Shown here: positions 62,166-64,000 of the stretch, piece after piece
How positions within the stretch are numbered: the first letter of the stretch is position 1
Layout of the letters: every line of letters begins with the position of its first letter
NCBI GenBank assembly: GCA_030674475.1
Contig: JAUSCZ010000014.1
Coordinates: 13,938 to 77,937 of the forward strand
DNA length: 64,000 nt
Reading direction: 5' to 3'
Source of the DNA: Candidatus Omnitrophota bacterium
GTDB taxonomy: Bacteria > Omnitrophota > Gorgyraeia > Gygaellales > UBA12090
Notes under the pieces: model-generated
Database searches by the model: none
The model's input: the letters and a program-made list of their open reading frames with translations, nothing else
What the model was told of the DNA's origin: nothing
Translations under genes and position numbers: made by a program

Positions 62166-63392
62166 ATGAACTCAGGAGATACAGCGTTTATTTTAATTTC
62201 ATCAGCTTTGGTAATGCTGATGACACCGGGACTGGCCTTTTTCTACGGAGGTATGGTCAGACGGAAGAATATGTTGAGTATTTTGATGCAGTGTTTTATT
62301 GTCCTGTGCGCTTTAAGCCTGCAGTGGGTGCTTTTCGGCTATAGCCTTTCTTTCGCTCCGGGAAGCGGCTTTTGGGGCGGTTTGAGGTGGGCCGGGTTAA
62401 ATGGCGTGGGCTTAGAGCCTTACGCGGATTATTCCGCCACCATACCTCATCAGGCCTTTATGATTTTCCAGGCCATGTTTGCCATAATCACACCGGCTTT
62501 GATTATCGGGGCTTTTGCCGAGAGGATGAAGTTTTCCGCTTTTTTGATCTTTACCCTTCTCTGGGCGACATTTGTGTATGATCCGGTTTGCCATTGGGTC
62601 TGGGGAATCGGCGGATGGCTTAGGAACTTAGGGGCATTGGATTTTGCCGGAGGAACCGTGGTTCATATCAACGCCGGAATCGCCGCCTTGGTCAGCGCCC
62701 TGGTAATCGGAAGGAGAAAAAATTTAGATCATCATGCTCCGGCTCCGCATAACCTGCCCTTTATCGTGTTAGGGACAGGCCTGCTTTGGTTCGGTTGGTT
62801 TGGTTTTAACGCCGGGAGCGCCTTGGCGGCTAACGGATTGGCAGTGAACGCCTTTGTGGTTACCAATACCGCCGCGGCCGCGGCCGGATTGAGCTGGGCC
62901 TTGATAGAGTGGTTTCGTCACGGAAAGCCCACGATGTTCGGAACCGCCAGCGGTGTGGTAGCCGGATTAGTCGCGATTACCCCGGCGGCAGGCTATGTCA
63001 GCGTGATACCGGCGATTATTATCGGAATTTTGGTAAGCGTGATTTGTTTTATCGCGGTAAGCGTGATCAAGCCGAAATTAGGATATGATGATTCTTTGGA
63101 TGCCTTCGGAGTTCACTGCGTAGGCGGCATTTGGGGGGCCTTGGCCACCGGGCTGTTTGCTTCAAAAAGCGTGAATCCGGCCGGCGCCGATGGATTGTTT
63201 TTTGGCAATCCCCAGTTATTTATGATTCAACTGAAGGCAGTGGCAGTAGTCGCGGCCTACTCGTTTATAGTAACATTTGTTATTTATAAATTGGTAGATA
63301 TGATTATCGGGGTGAGGGTAAGCGATAAAGAGGAATCTATGGGGCTTGACCTGACTCAGCATCAGGAGAGGGCGTATACGGTGTTAGAATAA
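62166..63392 (+). CDS. amtB: ammonium transporter
   Basis: NSGDTAFILISSALVMLMTPGLAFFYGG and later Amt signatures. ATG at 62166 after GAAGGAGGAG. Confidence 0.95.
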   Translation: MNSGDTAFILISSALVMLMTPGLAFFYGGMVRRKNMLSILMQCFIVLCALSLQWVLFGYSLSFAPGSGFWGGLRWAGLNGVGLEPYADYSATIPHQAFMIFQAMFAIITPALIIGAFAERMKFSAFLIFTLLWATFVYDPVCHWVWGIGGWLRNLGALDFAGGTVVHINAGIAALVSALVIGRRKNLDHHAPAPHNLPFIVLGTGLLWFGWFGFNAGSALAANGLAVNAFVVTNTAAAAAGLSWALIEWFRHGKPTMFGTASGVVAGLVAITPAAGYVSVIPAIIIGILVSVICFIAVSVIKPKLGYDDSLDAFGVHCVGGIWGALATGLFASKSVNPAGADGLFFGNPQLFMIQLKAVAVVAAYSFIVTFVIYKLVDMIIGVRVSDKEESMGLDLTQHQERAYTVLE

Positions 63393-63457
63393 CATCAATT
63401 TACGCGCTTCAGGCTCAAAGCTCTTAGCGCGCGGCTATTATAAAGGTTAAGGCTAAC

Positions 63458-63486
63458 GTAGGGACAGAACATTGTTCTGTCCCTAC
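63458..63486. repeat. 29-nt GTAG-headed REP hairpin GTAGGG-ACAGAAC-att-GTTCTGT-CCCTAC
   Basis: Lies between amtB and glnK. Third member of the identical-architecture family. Confidence 0.8.
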
Positions 63487-63553
63487 AGAAACCTTGACCT
63501 TAGCCTCAGCCTTTTCATTTAACAATATTGCTGGTTTTAATAGGGAGGACGAT

Positions 63554-63895
63554 ATGAAATTGATAATTGCGATTATTCAGCCTTATAAATTAGATGATGT
63601 TAAGGAGGAGCTTTATAAGGCGGGGGTGAATTTGATTACGGTAAGCGAGGTTTTGGGCCACGGCCGTCAAAAAGGAATTACTGAGGTTTATCGCGGCTCA
63701 AAAGAGAGCGGTAATCTCTTGAGGAAGGTGCGCCTGGAGATCGCGGTGAATGAGGAGTTTGTTGAGCCGACTATTAAGGCCATTACCAACTCAGCCAAGA
63801 CCGGCGAGATAGGCGACGGAAAGATCTTTGTCCTGGACCTGAAAGAATGTATTCGTATCCGCACCGCGGAAAAAGGTCCGGCGGCTATCGGGTAA
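63554..63895 (+). CDS. glnK: nitrogen regulatory protein P-II
   Basis: [20 protein letters not shown]...GHGRQKG... T-loop region. Paired with amtB. Confidence 0.95.
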   Translation: MKLIIAIIQPYKLDDVKEELYKAGVNLITVSEVLGHGRQKGITEVYRGSKESGNLLRKVRLEIAVNEEFVEPTIKAITNSAKTGEIGDGKIFVLDLKECIRIRTAEKGPAAIG

Positions 63896-64000
63896 GTAGG
63901 TTAACTAAGGGTAATGCGTCAGTTAATGGGGGCGCTGGTAGCCGCAGGCTTCAGCCTGCGTCCTAAGGCGCAAGCTAAAGCTTGCGACTACCATAGAATT

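Overview
This 64-kb window is a bacterial chromosomal segment with moderately low GC, and all ~68 credible genes lie on the + strand. The minus-strand ORFs in the track all overlap these genes and look spurious. There are no rRNA, tRNA or CRISPR loci.

Gene content from start to end:
- purD and purE.
- A Bacillus-like ywlC(sua5)-ywlE-rpiB...glyA block, in which Sua5 and the low-molecular-weight phosphatase are fused and a HigB/HigA-type TA module is inserted.
- A dCMP deaminase, nrdR, a DUF151 nuclease, the CCA-adding enzyme, a Macro-Nudix fusion and BrnT/BrnA.
- aroC, an ECF sigma/anti-sigma pair and spoVG.
- A small AT-rich islet with a DpnI-family methyl-directed restriction enzyme and an ORF6N fragment.
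- aroK, dprA, topA and xerC.
- A large LPS/KDO/heptose cluster (waaA, lpxK, an lpxL-DUF1022 fusion, a GT4-GT9 fusion, a GT4 gene, a polysaccharide deacetylase, two heptosyltransferases, a DHS-like protein, the hldE kinase domain, kdsB, kdsA, kpsF, kdsC, an lptC/A-like gene and lptB). It is interrupted by a junk zone of TA fragments and a disrupted DUF559 gene.
- A PPIase-less trigger factor and clpP.
- A class-V aminotransferase and serA, a DsbD-like protein, a 5'-nucleotidase-like protein, an HMGL-like synthase, purA, an H+-PPase and an aspartate aminotransferase.
- A cluster of HD, HD-GYP and a paralogous N-domain protein.
- A secreted protein, a second sigma factor and amtB-glnK.

The most unusual observations:
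1. A ~95-nt leader with an embedded 26-codon uORF, conserved in two copies, each overlapping the GTG start of an unrelated gene.
2. Several families of short palindromic repeats. One is a GTAG-headed REP-like hairpin with complete stem covariation. Two others have inserted in-frame as 42-nt units with direct-repeat flanks inside glycosyltransferase genes.
3. Pervasive heptanucleotide tandem arrays in intergenic regions, sometimes abutting start codons, and in-frame 21-nt heptamer triplets inside CDSs.
4. The DpnI-like defence islet.
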